From: Candidatus Cloacimonadales bacterium | GTDB taxonomy: Bacteria; Cloacimonadota; Cloacimonadia; Cloacimonadales; JAIOQZ01 | Direction: 5' to 3' | DNA length: 64,000 bases | Assembly (NCBI GenBank): GCA_963665815.1 | Contig: OY762463.1 | Span: 864,001-928,000 of the forward strand | Shown here: positions 28,328 to 39,027 of the stretch, piece by piece | Numbering within the stretch: position 1 is the stretch's first letter | Layout of the letters: every line of letters begins with the position of its first letter | The notes under the pieces: generated by a model | Told to the model about the DNA's origin: nothing | Databases searched by the model: none | What the model saw: the letters and a program-made list of their open reading frames with translations, nothing else | Made by a program: the position numbers and the translations under genes

Positions 28328-29785
28328 ATGACTAATAAAGAAAAAGAACTCACTCGAAAAGTTGCTTCTCTTGAAAAGCAATTGGAAGACATAAAAAAAA
28401 GATATCAGGAAGCATTACTTTTTAAGCAGAAAGCAAGTATTCTGGAAGACTCTGCTACAGAAGCTATTGTTGTAATGGATGACAAAATGGATATCATTGA
28501 TGTGAATCAACATTTACTGGATATGCTGGGTTATAAACGTGAAGAAGTAATCGGGAGCAGTGGACTGGCATCAGTAGATCCGGAATATTACGAAACTCTA
28601 AAAAAACGAGGATTATCAGATCATGCAGAACCTCTTGAAGCAAAACTGATAAAAAAAGATAAATCTAGAGTTCCAATTATTATTCAGGGGGATTTCTTTG
28701 ATCTATTCGGCAAGAAAATCAGAATTACAACAATCAGAGATATGTCCAAAATGGCAGATTTGAACGAGAAAATAACTGAAAAAACTCAGCAGTTTGATTC
28801 AATTTTCCTTAATAGCGGTGCAGGAATAGCTTTTATAGATGGTGACAGAATTGTTAGAAAAGTCAATGAAGAAACTTTGCGTATCTTTGGTTGCAATAAT
28901 GCAGATGAAATGGTAGGTAAAAGCATCCAGGAGTTTCATTACTCTGAGAGTAGCTTCAAAGAGATTGGAGAATACTACAAAACTGCTCTTATTGAAAGAA
29001 AACCTGTCAAGGTGGACCTTAAATTTATTAAAAAAGATGGATCTCCAATCTGGATTAATTCCAGCGGAAGAATTGTTGATCAGAATGATCCTCCCGATCT
29101 TTCTAAAGGGGTTGTCTGGGTTTTTGAAGATATAACAGATAGGAAAGAAACTGAACTCAGATTAAAAAAAGCTCATGATGAGCTGGAGTCAATCTTCAGT
29201 AATACGATGGTGGGTATTATCATGCTTCTCGGAGGAAGATACATATACAGAGCAAATAAACAGGTTGCGAAAATTTTTGGCTATGATAATCCAAATTCAA
29301 TGAAAGGCAAGTCTGTTGAACATTTCCATTTATCTCATGAGAACTTCATTGATTTCGGTAAAAAATTCTATTATTCTCTAAGTTACCATAAAGTGCAGGA
29401 AGTCGAATATAAGTTAAAGCGCAAGGACGGTTCTGGAGTTTGGTGTTCCATTTCCGGGCAGGCATTAGATAAATCTATTCCCGCCAACCTGGACAATGGT
29501 GTAGTATGGGTAATCAAAGATATTACTGACAGAAAAACTGTTGAACAGGAAAAAGAAAATCTTATTCACGATCTACAGAAAGCTCTGGCAGAGATCAGAA
29601 CATTGCAGGGCATAGTACCTATCTGTTCGCACTGTAAAAAAATCAGAGATGACAGCGGATACTGGAAAGCTCTCGAATCTTATATTCAGGAACACTCAGA
29701 AGCATCTTTCAGTCATGGGATTTGCCCGGATTGTGCTAAGAAGTACTTCCCTGAATATATTGATGAGAAGGACTACGAAGAATAA
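28328..29785 (+). CDS. Triple-PAS sensor protein with C-terminal Cys/His domain
   Basis: Three PAS/PAC repeats, then PICSHCKKIRDD...FSHGICPDC; no kinase or cyclase domain. Confidence 0.88.
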   Translation: MTNKEKELTRKVASLEKQLEDIKKRYQEALLFKQKASILEDSATEAIVVMDDKMDIIDVNQHLLDMLGYKREEVIGSSGLASVDPEYYETLKKRGLSDHAEPLEAKLIKKDKSRVPIIIQGDFFDLFGKKIRITTIRDMSKMADLNEKITEKTQQFDSIFLNSGAGIAFIDGDRIVRKVNEETLRIFGCNNADEMVGKSIQEFHYSESSFKEIGEYYKTALIERKPVKVDLKFIKKDGSPIWINSSGRIVDQNDPPDLSKGVVWVFEDITDRKETELRLKKAHDELESIFSNTMVGIIMLLGGRYIYRANKQVAKIFGYDNPNSMKGKSVEHFHLSHENFIDFGKKFYYSLSYHKVQEVEYKLKRKDGSGVWCSISGQALDKSIPANLDNGVVWVIKDITDRKTVEQEKENLIHDLQKALAEIRTLQGIVPICSHCKKIRDDSGYWKALESYIQEHSEASFSHGICPDCAKKYFPEYIDEKDYEE

Positions 29786-29789
29786 GCGA

Positions 29790-30608
29790 CTATAAAAGAC
29801 CTGATTCCAATACAGCATTAGCTATAGCATTTTCCGTTTCCACAAAACTGTATTTATTCTTGAGAATCTCAGGAGCAGAATCAACAACAAAGCTCTTTTC
29901 TGCCCAGTCCAGCATGGCAATATCATTAAAATCATTACCCAATGCAACTGTCTTGTTGTGATCAATCCTGAGAATATCACAAAGATGAGCTGAAGCTGAT
30001 CCTTTATCGACTTCAGGGGGAAATATCTCAATCCACATAGTCTTTCCATCAAGAGGAGAAGTAGCGCGAATAATTGAATATTCCGGTAGAGCTTTTTCGA
30101 TTTTATCAAGCACTTCTTCGTCGTGATCAAGAATCACCAGAAATTGAGTCGAGTTTCTCAGATATGATTTATCCTCTACATGCTCCTCTGCAAATTCAGA
30201 ATAAATTTTTATCCTTCTTCTGAAATCAGCTATATTCTTGTTTGCTACATAATAAAACTTATGATTTTCCGGGATAGGATAATGTATACAGAAATCCAGT
30301 TCCAGAGTTTTCAAGAAGTAGTATATCTCTTTTATCTGAGGTTTAGTAAATGATCTTGAATGCTTGATCTCTTTAGTTTTCCATTTTACAATTCCGGCAC
30401 CGGATGAGAATATCAGATAATCAATAGGAAAATCATCATACAGTACTTTCCTTGCAGAATACAAAGATCTGCCAGTCACAATTGTTCTTAAGAGAATGTT
30501 CTCCTGCCTTCTGAGGAACTCAAGTTCTTTTTCATCAAATCCTTTACCTGAATGTAGAATTGTACCATCAAGATCTGTAAAAAAAGCAGCCTTATGTTTA
30601 TCAATCAT
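29790..30608 (-). CDS. Cof-type HAD hydrolase
   Basis: TDLDGT, TGRS and GNDFND motifs. Confidence 0.9.
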   Translation of the reverse strand: MIDKHKAAFFTDLDGTILHSGKGFDEKELEFLRRQENILLRTIVTGRSLYSARKVLYDDFPIDYLIFSSGAGIVKWKTKEIKHSRSFTKPQIKEIYYFLKTLELDFCIHYPIPENHKFYYVANKNIADFRRRIKIYSEFAEEHVEDKSYLRNSTQFLVILDHDEEVLDKIEKALPEYSIIRATSPLDGKTMWIEIFPPEVDKGSASAHLCDILRIDHNKTVALGNDFNDIAMLDWAEKSFVVDSAPEILKNKYSFVETENAIANAVLESGLL

Positions 30609-31864
30609 TTCTTATCACCTTTCTGTTCTTTAACATAATTCTTCATACCAAAACTGAGAGCTCGATCATTATTCTTCCTGAATGAAAAGCTGTCACCGGT
30701 GCGACTGTCACCAATATTTATAATCTCAGTACCGAATCTTTTCTTCAAATTATCTATTGTTTCTGCAGTCAATTGTTTTTTTACATCATATCGAGGGAAT
30801 ATTTCGAGCTGATCAGGATGTTTCTCATAAGTTAACTTAGTAACACCAACCCCTATAAGCCGGACTTTGTGAGGTTCAAACCGTACGGAGTCAAACAAAT
30901 GAATAATCTCCTCATATAATTCCGTATCAAAAAAAATCTCCCTACCAACTGTATGATGGTATTGGTGTGTCTCAAAATTCTCATTTCTGATTCTCAGCCT
31001 GATCGTTCTTGCTTTTGCTCCGTGTTTTCTCATGCGGAATGATACTTTGTGCACAAGTGCCAGAAGAATCTTTTTCAAGTGGTATCTGTTATCTGTTGGT
31101 TCATATAATGTTGTTTCATTGGATATTGATTTAGGATCATCGGAATCCTCCACAGTATCTACTCTGGAATTATCAATCCCCTTTGCTTTCAGAATAAGAT
31201 CTACTCCACCTTTACCGAATTTATGTTCGAGAATATGCTGAGGGAAACGGCTCAATTCACCAGCGGTATGAATTCCCAGCAGATTTAGTTTTTCTGTTGT
31301 CTTAGGTCCGACACCAAACAAGTCTTTAACAGGCAGGTTTTCCAGAAGTCCGGATACATCTTCCTTTTCAATAACAAAAGTACCATCTGGTTTGGCAAAA
31401 CGACTTGCAAGTTTAGCCAATAGCTTATTGGGAGCTATCCCAACAGAACTTGGTAAATTCAGCAAAGACCGGATTCCTGATCTTATTCCATCACCTATTG
31501 CCTTTTTTGACCCGAAAAGTTTAAGAGAACCTGAAATATCAAGAAACATCTCGTCTACAGAGAATGGCTCCACTATCGGTGTGAACCTATAACAGATTTC
31601 AATAATCCGGGAGGAAGCATAGCAGTATTTCGCATGGTTTCCAGAAACATAATAACCATTCGGACAGCGTTTTCTGGCATCAATTGTAGCCATACCAGAC
31701 CTGATACCGAATTTACGAGCCTCATAAGAACAAGTTGATACAATTCCTTTCTGGGCATGAGAACCGGCAATCAGCACAGGTTTACCCCTTAGACAGGGAT
31801 TATCTCTCTGTTCTATTGATGCAAAAAAAGCATCCATATCAATCAATGCTATAACTCTTTCCAT
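30605..31864 (-). CDS. dinB: DNA polymerase IV
   Basis: DMDAFFASIE, SYEARKFG, SVDE, NKLLAKLAS and KPDG motifs. Confidence 0.96.
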   Translation of the reverse strand: MERVIALIDMDAFFASIEQRDNPCLRGKPVLIAGSHAQKGIVSTCSYEARKFGIRSGMATIDARKRCPNGYYVSGNHAKYCYASSRIIEICYRFTPIVEPFSVDEMFLDISGSLKLFGSKKAIGDGIRSGIRSLLNLPSSVGIAPNKLLAKLASRFAKPDGTFVIEKEDVSGLLENLPVKDLFGVGPKTTEKLNLLGIHTAGELSRFPQHILEHKFGKGGVDLILKAKGIDNSRVDTVEDSDDPKSISNETTLYEPTDNRYHLKKILLALVHKVSFRMRKHGAKARTIRLRIRNENFETHQYHHTVGREIFFDTELYEEIIHLFDSVRFEPHKVRLIGVGVTKLTYEKHPDQLEIFPRYDVKKQLTAETIDNLKKRFGTEIINIGDSRTGDSFSFRKNNDRALSFGMKNYVKEQKGDKK

Positions 31865-32059
31865 ACATCAACAGAATATTGCTGAGAAGAATAGTCAAGT
31901 TATGAATATCAAAAGAAGATAGTATGCTTTAAATTTCAATTTATGATTGACAGATTTATAATCTCATTTGTTTTGATATCTATTATTTTAATATGGATAA
32001 ATGTTTATTTCTGACGAGATCAGCATATTTTTCCCTGAATCGCAGAAACTGGAGATAAA

Positions 32060-33391
32060 ATGAGAAAAGCAATAGTAGCCATTGTTGGACGTCCGAACGT
32101 TGGTAAATCGACCCTGTTCAACAGGCTTTGCAATAAAAGACGAGCTATCGTGGACTTTGAAGAAGGTATCACACGTGATCGCAAATATGAAAATGTAGAA
32201 TGGGCAGGCAAACGCTTTATTGTTGTTGATACAGGCGGAATCGTTCCCAAATCAAATGATGTTATGGATAGAGCTATTCGTTTTCAAGCTGAAGTATCAA
32301 TTGAAGAAGCCGATTTTATCCTGTTTGTCGTTGATGCTCAGACAGGTCCAACCGATATTGATATGGAGATAGCTAAAATCCTGTCAAAACACAGACAAAG
32401 AGTTATGCTGGTCGTAAATAAAGTTGATAATGAAAAGCTTGATCTGGAGATATACGATTTTATGACATTGGGGTTGGGAGAACCATTCCCTGTTGCAGCC
32501 GTCAGTGGAAGAAATACAGGTAACTTCCTCGATGCAATACTGTCACAGATTCAAACACAAACCGTGGGAGAGCAGGAAGACGAAGATGACAGTTTCAAGA
32601 TTGCAATAGTAGGAAAACCTAATGTGGGCAAATCCTCACTTGTGAACAAACTGATAGGTGATGATGTTGTGATTGTCAGTGATATACCGGGAACTACCCG
32701 TGATGCAATCGACACAAAACTCAAATATCACAATAAAACATTCACTTTTATTGATACAGCCGGACTGAAAAAGAAAACCAGAATCAAGTATGGTGTAGAC
32801 TATTTCAGTTCAATGAGAACAATTGAAAGTATTCGGAGAGCAGATATTGTACTCCTTGTGATGGATGCTGAAAATGAAATCTCTTCACAAGACAAGAAAA
32901 TTGCATCTCTTGCCCACAGAAATTATAGAGACCTCATTATTGTATTCAACAAGTGGGATCTTATAGAAAAGAATCATAAAACAATAAACGAGTACAGAGA
33001 TAAAATTGTTGATTCACTTCCGTTCCTGGAACACGCTCCTTTTGTAACAACATCTGCATTGAGCGGTCAACGTGTAAGAAAACTCCTTGATTTGATTATA
33101 GAAGTTGAGGAAAACAGTCACCAGAGAATCACAACATCAAAACTGAATGAATTTTTAGAAAAAGCCATTAATAAATGGCAGCCTACTCACCCAAGCGGCA
33201 AACAGGTTAAGTTCTTATACGTGTCTCAGGTAAAAACTCACCCGCCAACATTCGTATTCTTTTGTAATGACCATAAGCGTGTTACAGAGAACTACAAGCG
33301 ATACCTTCATAACAGACTTCGCGATGAGTATGGATTTCAAGGTGCAGCTCTTAAGCTTCTTTTCAGAGGAAGAAAGAAAGATGAGCAATAG
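32060..33391 (+). CDS. der: Ribosome biogenesis GTPase Der
   Basis: Two GTPase domains (GRPNVGKS and GKPNVGKS) plus KH-like tail. Confidence 0.98.
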   Translation: MRKAIVAIVGRPNVGKSTLFNRLCNKRRAIVDFEEGITRDRKYENVEWAGKRFIVVDTGGIVPKSNDVMDRAIRFQAEVSIEEADFILFVVDAQTGPTDIDMEIAKILSKHRQRVMLVVNKVDNEKLDLEIYDFMTLGLGEPFPVAAVSGRNTGNFLDAILSQIQTQTVGEQEDEDDSFKIAIVGKPNVGKSSLVNKLIGDDVVIVSDIPGTTRDAIDTKLKYHNKTFTFIDTAGLKKKTRIKYGVDYFSSMRTIESIRRADIVLLVMDAENEISSQDKKIASLAHRNYRDLIIVFNKWDLIEKNHKTINEYRDKIVDSLPFLEHAPFVTTSALSGQRVRKLLDLIIEVEENSHQRITTSKLNEFLEKAINKWQPTHPSGKQVKFLYVSQVKTHPPTFVFFCNDHKRVTENYKRYLHNRLRDEYGFQGAALKLLFRGRKKDEQ

Positions 33392-34013
33392 CATTCTGAT
33401 CCTGATTCATATTACTGCTGCTTATGTTATCGGGAGTATCCCGACCAGCTATATAGCCGGTAAAATTTTTAAAGGAATCGACATTCGCGAACATGGAAGC
33501 GGAAACGTTGGTGCAACCAATGCTGTTCGTGTACTTGGAGTAAAAATCGGTATCCCTGTAATGCTTGTAGACATATTCAAAGGTGCAATTCCAGTGATTA
33601 TTGCCCGTAGTACTCTTTCCGATATAGAACATGCTTCAGAGTGGCTTCTCCTTGTAGGTGTAGCTACTATCGTCGGGCATATTTTTACTCTTTTCCTCAG
33701 ATTCAAGGGAGGAAAGGGTGTTGCAACATCCGCAGGAGTTTTTGGAGCATTAACCCCGATTGCATTAGGATTTGCTCTGGCAGTATTCATTATCCTTGTA
33801 GCTGTCAGCAGGTATGTGTCTCTCGGATCAATTTTCGCTGCATTCACTCTTGCAGTATCACAGATTGTATTATTTATTGCAGGAAAAGAATCAAGTGTAT
33901 ATCTGCTTGCTTTAACCTGCGTTATAGCATTATTGATCATCGTAAAACATAAGAAGAATATTAGTCGTCTTGTAAAAGGCAATGAAAATAAACTTACCTT
34001 CACTAAAAAATAA
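33381..34013 (+). CDS. plsY: Glycerol-3-phosphate acyltransferase PlsY
   Basis: GSGNVGATN, FKGGKGVAT and KHKKNISRL motifs. Confidence 0.97.
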   Translation: MSNSILILIHITAAYVIGSIPTSYIAGKIFKGIDIREHGSGNVGATNAVRVLGVKIGIPVMLVDIFKGAIPVIIARSTLSDIEHASEWLLLVGVATIVGHIFTLFLRFKGGKGVATSAGVFGALTPIALGFALAVFIILVAVSRYVSLGSIFAAFTLAVSQIVLFIAGKESSVYLLALTCVIALLIIVKHKKNISRLVKGNENKLTFTKK

Positions 34014-34032
34014 ATTAATTGTATAAAAGACA

Positions 34033-34187
34033 GAGAGCTTTGCATAATAGCAAAATCAAAAAGAATTGGCTAAAAGTATCGATAAGATTTTTGAATTCAT
34101 CAAGAATACTTCTTAGAGAAGCTTATTTTTGTCAGTATTTGATGAATTATAAAATCGAGTCAACTACCCCAGTTATGTAAAGATCTT
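34033..34187. mobile_element. MITE-like element, 155 bp
   Basis: TIRs GAGAGCTTTGCATAA / TTATGTAAAGATCTT; flanks AGACA / AAACA; homologous to 28135..28288. Confidence 0.75.
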
Positions 34188-34211
34188 AAACAATATTGAA
34201 AAGGAAAAAAA

Positions 34212-35576
34212 ATGTGTGGAATCATTGGTATTTTCAATCATGAAAATGCTGCTGAACTTGCAGCATTAGGTTTGTTCGCAGAACAACACAGAGGTCAGGA
34301 AAGTTGTGGAATGGCAGTCAGTGACGGAAGTGTCTTTCATTTAAGAAAGAAACTTGGACTTGTAAAGCATGTATTTACTCCCAAACATCTCGATAAGCTG
34401 AAAGGAAAAATCGCAATTGGTCATGTTCGTTATCCTACCAGAGGAACATCTACCGAATATAATTCTCAACCTCATGTTGTAGAAACTCTTTCAGGTCCCA
34501 GATTTGCTCTGGCAAGTAACGGAGATATAATCAACTATCATGATATCCGCAGATACCTTGAATCTCAGGGTGTATATTTCAAAAGCTACAATGATGGTGA
34601 ATTAATTCTCAAATACATTGTATTCCAGATAGAGAAAAAGAAAAAATCTACAGTTGATGCTATTAAAACAATGATGAAACATGTGAAAGGTGCCTTTTCA
34701 ACAGTTTTAGCAACACCTACAGAAATGTACCTTTTCAGAGATCCTCACGCTATGCGTCCTATGACGTATGGGACGCTGGAAGACGGAGCAGTTGTTGTTG
34801 CATCAGAAAGCTGTGCACTGGATATTCTTGCTCCTATAATGAAAAAAGAATTGAAAGCTGCCGAAATAATTGTTGTTAATGAAAAAGGTATCCGATCAAT
34901 CAGTAATGATCCTGCATTATACCGCAGTACGAACACAGACAAACACTGTATTTTCGAACACATCTATTTCTCAAGACCAGACAGTCATGAATTCTGCGAA
35001 AATGTATATGAAGTAAGAGAAAACATAGGCGCTCAACTGGCTGATGACGATACCGATATAGATGTTGATGTTGCTGTTCCTGTCCCTGATTCTTCGAACT
35101 TTATTGCACTCGGATATGCTAAAAGAAAGAAAATACCTTTTGAAATGGGATTAATCCGAAATCATTATGTTGGAAGGACATTCATCAAACCACAACAGAC
35201 TGTAAGAGATGAGAGTGTTAAACAGAAATTCAATCCTCTCCCCAACTTCTTCAAAGGTAAAAAAGTTGTTCTTATTGATGACTCAATTGTTCGAGGAACT
35301 ACAATTAAAAAGATTATAAATGTAATAAAAGGTCAGGGAGCTGCTGAGGTTCATCTCCGAATCGGTTCACCTCAGGTCAAGTACTCATGTTTCTATGGAA
35401 TCGACACTCCGACAAAAGACGAGTTGATTGCTAACAGAATGTCTTTGGAAGAAATGAAGCAATATCTCAATGTTGCATCAATCAAATACATTACAAAAGA
35501 AAAACTGAGTAAATGCGTTACAACTCCTGAAGATTATTGTTATGCCTGTTTTACAGGAAACTACCCTGTGGAGTAA
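34212..35576 (+). CDS. purF: Amidophosphoribosyltransferase
   Basis: MCGIIG N-terminus; QHRGQE, CIFEHIYFSRPDS and DDSIVRGTT motifs. Confidence 0.97.
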   Translation: MCGIIGIFNHENAAELAALGLFAEQHRGQESCGMAVSDGSVFHLRKKLGLVKHVFTPKHLDKLKGKIAIGHVRYPTRGTSTEYNSQPHVVETLSGPRFALASNGDIINYHDIRRYLESQGVYFKSYNDGELILKYIVFQIEKKKKSTVDAIKTMMKHVKGAFSTVLATPTEMYLFRDPHAMRPMTYGTLEDGAVVVASESCALDILAPIMKKELKAAEIIVVNEKGIRSISNDPALYRSTNTDKHCIFEHIYFSRPDSHEFCENVYEVRENIGAQLADDDTDIDVDVAVPVPDSSNFIALGYAKRKKIPFEMGLIRNHYVGRTFIKPQQTVRDESVKQKFNPLPNFFKGKKVVLIDDSIVRGTTIKKIINVIKGQGAAEVHLRIGSPQVKYSCFYGIDTPTKDELIANRMSLEEMKQYLNVASIKYITKEKLSKCVTTPEDYCYACFTGNYPVE

Positions 35577-35578
35577 GT

Positions 35579-36562
35579 ATGCACATCAAGAATCATAAGG
35601 AAATACTTAAGAATCTCGAAGGAAAGAAAATACTTGTAATTGGTGATCTGATGATTGATCATTACATCTGGGGTGATGTTTCCAGAATATCTCCCGAAGC
35701 TCCTGTTCCAGTAGTAAATGTTGAGCGGGAAGAACATAGACTTGGTGGCGCTGCTAATGTTGTGTTTAATATTTCCTGTCTTGGCGGTATTCCTTATGTA
35801 ATTGGTCTTAGTGGAGACGATTCAAATGCATCTGTACTTGAGAATGAATTCAAGAAGAACTCCATAAGCAACCTTTATATTGCAAAAGATAAATGCAGAC
35901 CAACTACAATTAAAACACGTCTTATTGCCAATAATCAGCAGGTAGCAAGAATTGATTTCGAGAAAATTGATGAAATCCAGAAGCAGACTGAATCTGAAAT
36001 CATTTCACATTTCGATAATATAATTACTGAAATGGATGCTGTACTTATAGAAGACTATAATAAAGGACTTCTTACAGACTCCCTTGTCAGGCATATTATC
36101 AAACGATGTAATGAATTTGATAAAATAGTAACTGTTGACCCGAAATATAAGAATTTCTTCAGCTATCAGAATTGTACTGTGTTTAAGCCAAATTATCTGG
36201 AATTAAAGAAGAATATGAATGTTATCATTGAATCCGAAGAAGAGTTTTATGAAACATCTTTCAAGCTTCTTGAGGAAATCAACTCTGAATACCTGATTGT
36301 GACTCGAGGCAGCAAAGGATTATCAATATTCACCAAGGGAAATGATGTTGTTAACATTCCAACCTTCGCCAAACAGGTTTTTGATGTTTCCGGAGCAGGA
36401 GATACGGTAATCAGTACACTAACTCTATGCTTAGCAGCCGGAGTACCAATAAAGGATGCGGCAATCATTGCTAATCGAGCTGCAGGAAAAGTCTGCGGTA
36501 TTGTTGGTATTGCTCCTGTATACCCTCATGATATTATTGATTCATTCAAAGAAGAAGAATAA
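35579..36562 (+). CDS. rfaE1: D-glycero-D-manno-heptose-7-phosphate kinase
   Basis: RISPEAPVPV, GGAANV and DVSGAGDTV motifs. Confidence 0.93.
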   Translation: MHIKNHKEILKNLEGKKILVIGDLMIDHYIWGDVSRISPEAPVPVVNVEREEHRLGGAANVVFNISCLGGIPYVIGLSGDDSNASVLENEFKKNSISNLYIAKDKCRPTTIKTRLIANNQQVARIDFEKIDEIQKQTESEIISHFDNIITEMDAVLIEDYNKGLLTDSLVRHIIKRCNEFDKIVTVDPKYKNFFSYQNCTVFKPNYLELKKNMNVIIESEEEFYETSFKLLEEINSEYLIVTRGSKGLSIFTKGNDVVNIPTFAKQVFDVSGAGDTVISTLTLCLAAGVPIKDAAIIANRAAGKVCGIVGIAPVYPHDIIDSFKEEE

Positions 36563-36584
36563 CACATATAGAATATTTTTTTTC

Positions 36585-36614
36585 AGCGATTCCTGAAGGA
36601 GTCGCTTTTTTTTA
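36585..36614 (+). terminator. Intrinsic terminator
   Basis: AGCGATTCC-TGAA-GGAGTCGCT followed by a T run. Confidence 0.8.
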
Positions 36615-36853
36615 TCATATGTTTTTATTATCTGATCATTTAGTAAATAGTATTTTTCTGAAATATACAGCAAAATAATCATGTAAACAAGCTCATCACT
36701 ACTCAAGGAAAAATAAGTTTAGATTCTTATTCTTTCCATCAAAATCAACAATTATATTGATTGGTTATATATTCTCAACATTGTATAAACAGCATTTAGA
36801 TTGAATTAAACTCATAAATCAGGAAAAACATGTTAACGAAATATTAATATTTC

Positions 36854-36881
36854 TTGACATCTACCGAAAACAAACCATACT
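36854..36881 (+). promoter_or_regulatory. Sigma70-type promoter abutting the ddl start
   Basis: TTGACA-N16-CATACT. Confidence 0.5.
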
Positions 36882-37874
36882 ATGAGTATGAAATACAAAA
36901 TAGTTGTTTTATCAGGTGGAACATCTGAAGAAAAGGATGTTTCAAAGATTTCTGCTAATGAAATCAGCACTGCTTTAAACAGCATTGGTTTTGAAGCTAT
37001 AGAGATTGATCCTGAAGAATTTTATTCTCCGGAGTACTCTGTATCACCTAATCTCTTTCTGATAGAAGAGATAAAAAAACAGAAACCATTAGTTGTTTTT
37101 AATGGACTGCATGGTGGATGTGGTGAGAATGGAATGCTGCAGGCACTGTTGGAGATGGAAAATATTCCATTTACCGGATCAGGACATAAATCCTGTGCAA
37201 TTGCTATGGATAAAGAGCTTTCCAATCTTATTGCTGAAAAAGCTAAACTTGTAATTCCTAGGACAATTGTTTTGAATGTTTCCAGCGACTACGACCTTAA
37301 ACAGATCATCGACAAGCTTGGACTTCCACTTGTTGTCAAACCGGTTTCTTCCGGGTCTTCATTTGGAATATCCATAGTAAGAAAAGAAGAAGATCTCCCT
37401 GATGCATTGAGTTATGCTTTTGAATACGATAACAGGATCATGCTGCAGGAATTCATAGAAGGTAAAGAACTTACCGTGACCATTCTAGATGATATTCCTC
37501 TTCCTGTTGTAGAAATACAACCATTCGACGGCTGGTATGATTACAAAAACAAATATACAAAAGGTAAAACCAAGTATATTGTACCGGCAGAAATTGATGA
37601 CAGGGAGTCTCACATAGTTCAGGAGCAGGCATTCAGAGTCTTTAAAATGATGCAGTGTTCCGGTTATGCAAGAGTAGATTTCCGCTATGACGGAATTAAC
37701 TTCTATTTTCTTGAAGTCAATACTCTACCAGGCATGACACCTTTAAGTCTCACTCCAATGGCAGCACAGAACGTGGGACTGACCTTTCCCGACTTATTAT
37801 TAAACATTATTGATTCCTCTTTGAGGAAACAGATTAAACAGAAATTTAAAAGTAATCTTAGGAGAATATTATGA
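36882..37874 (+). CDS. ddl: D-alanine--D-alanine ligase (start may be ATG 36888)
   Basis: GGTSEE, LHGGCGENG, GSSFG, YDYKNKY and EVNTLPGMT motifs. Confidence 0.96.
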   Translation: MSMKYKIVVLSGGTSEEKDVSKISANEISTALNSIGFEAIEIDPEEFYSPEYSVSPNLFLIEEIKKQKPLVVFNGLHGGCGENGMLQALLEMENIPFTGSGHKSCAIAMDKELSNLIAEKAKLVIPRTIVLNVSSDYDLKQIIDKLGLPLVVKPVSSGSSFGISIVRKEEDLPDALSYAFEYDNRIMLQEFIEGKELTVTILDDIPLPVVEIQPFDGWYDYKNKYTKGKTKYIVPAEIDDRESHIVQEQAFRVFKMMQCSGYARVDFRYDGINFYFLEVNTLPGMTPLSLTPMAAQNVGLTFPDLLLNIIDSSLRKQIKQKFKSNLRRIL

Positions 37875-39019
37875 AAAAGTACATTTTCTCTGTACTGATA
37901 ACCCTGCTCCTTGCGACAGGATTATTCGCTGATATTAACATTAACTTTGGTGTCGAAAGTGCTACATTCAACGCATTTTATCCATCATACCTGAATCCGC
38001 TTGAGCCGGAAACACAACCCATCTTATTTACAGTTTCAATAGAAAATGATGCGGATACACCTCAAGATTTTATGCTGATTGCAAATCTTACATGGAATGG
38101 TGCATCTCTTCTTGACGATGTTGAAATTACAGCAGACCGTGCGCTTACTGCTCACGAAGTATGGAATTTGACATCTCGCGATGTATTTACACAGACTTCA
38201 AGTTATTTCAGTGCGGATTTTGATTTTGATGATATCATTGAAGGTAACTCAAATTTTGAAGATCAGATAATGAATACCGGGCAATTTCCAAACGGTGTTT
38301 ATGAATTTACCATTGAACCTCAAAACACATCAGGAAGCAATATTGGTGATGTAAAGAATTTCACATTTATCATTCAGAGTCCTGCTCCAATTATTCTTAT
38401 TACACCCGGAACAGTACTTGGTATGACTCCTGTAGAAATTCAGGATTCCAATCCAGCATTTATCTGGAATTCTAACCTTGCATCCATGGCTTATACAAGT
38501 GGTTTAACATTTACGCTTAATGTGTATTCACTGGAAGACATTCCTGAAGCACTTCTCAATGCTGATGCAATAGGTAATGAATCACCTTACTTTACTACAG
38601 AATCCCCAATTACTTCTGTATCATACCCGGCAGATGCAAGACCACTTGAAGCAGGTAAGCTGTATGCATGGCAGGTAACATTCCCGCTTGTATATCCGGG
38701 CTCATCAGGTAATGAAGAGATTAAAAGTGATATGTTTATCTTCAGAATCGCTTCAGGTTCAGATGGTTTCACAACTTCATCTTTTGATCCGGGAGCAGGA
38801 ACAGACGATAATCAACAGTCACTTGAAGCTATAAACTACTTCATACAGACTCTTCCTACTGAGTACAAAAACGAAGTAACAAAACTTCTTAATTCAGGCT
38901 TTGTTCCAAAAACAATTATTAATTATCAAAACGATTATAAACATATCAACACTCTGTATGATCTTTCCGAGCTTATACTCAGTGGAGATAAAAAAATTAT
39001 AAGTGTAACAATTGAGTAG
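37871..39019 (+). CDS. Exported beta-rich hypothetical protein
   Basis: Signal peptide; PAFIWNS and LEAGKLYAWQV Ig/Fn3-like motifs. Confidence 0.75.
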   Translation: MKKYIFSVLITLLLATGLFADININFGVESATFNAFYPSYLNPLEPETQPILFTVSIENDADTPQDFMLIANLTWNGASLLDDVEITADRALTAHEVWNLTSRDVFTQTSSYFSADFDFDDIIEGNSNFEDQIMNTGQFPNGVYEFTIEPQNTSGSNIGDVKNFTFIIQSPAPIILITPGTVLGMTPVEIQDSNPAFIWNSNLASMAYTSGLTFTLNVYSLEDIPEALLNADAIGNESPYFTTESPITSVSYPADARPLEAGKLYAWQVTFPLVYPGSSGNEEIKSDMFIFRIASGSDGFTTSSFDPGAGTDDNQQSLEAINYFIQTLPTEYKNEVTKLLNSGFVPKTIINYQNDYKHINTLYDLSELILSGDKKIISVTIE

Positions 39020-39027
39020 AGGTGATT

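Noticed and set aside
31865-32059. LexA/SOS box upstream of dinB
   Set aside because: No convincing palindrome matching LexA boxes I know
33449-34045. 198-aa minus-strand ORF
   Set aside because: Antisense shadow of plsY
34033-34211. Purine-related riboswitch upstream of purF
   Set aside because: No ZTP, PRPP or purine aptamer motifs recognised; the sequence is instead a TIR-bounded repeat also found before an unrelated PAS gene
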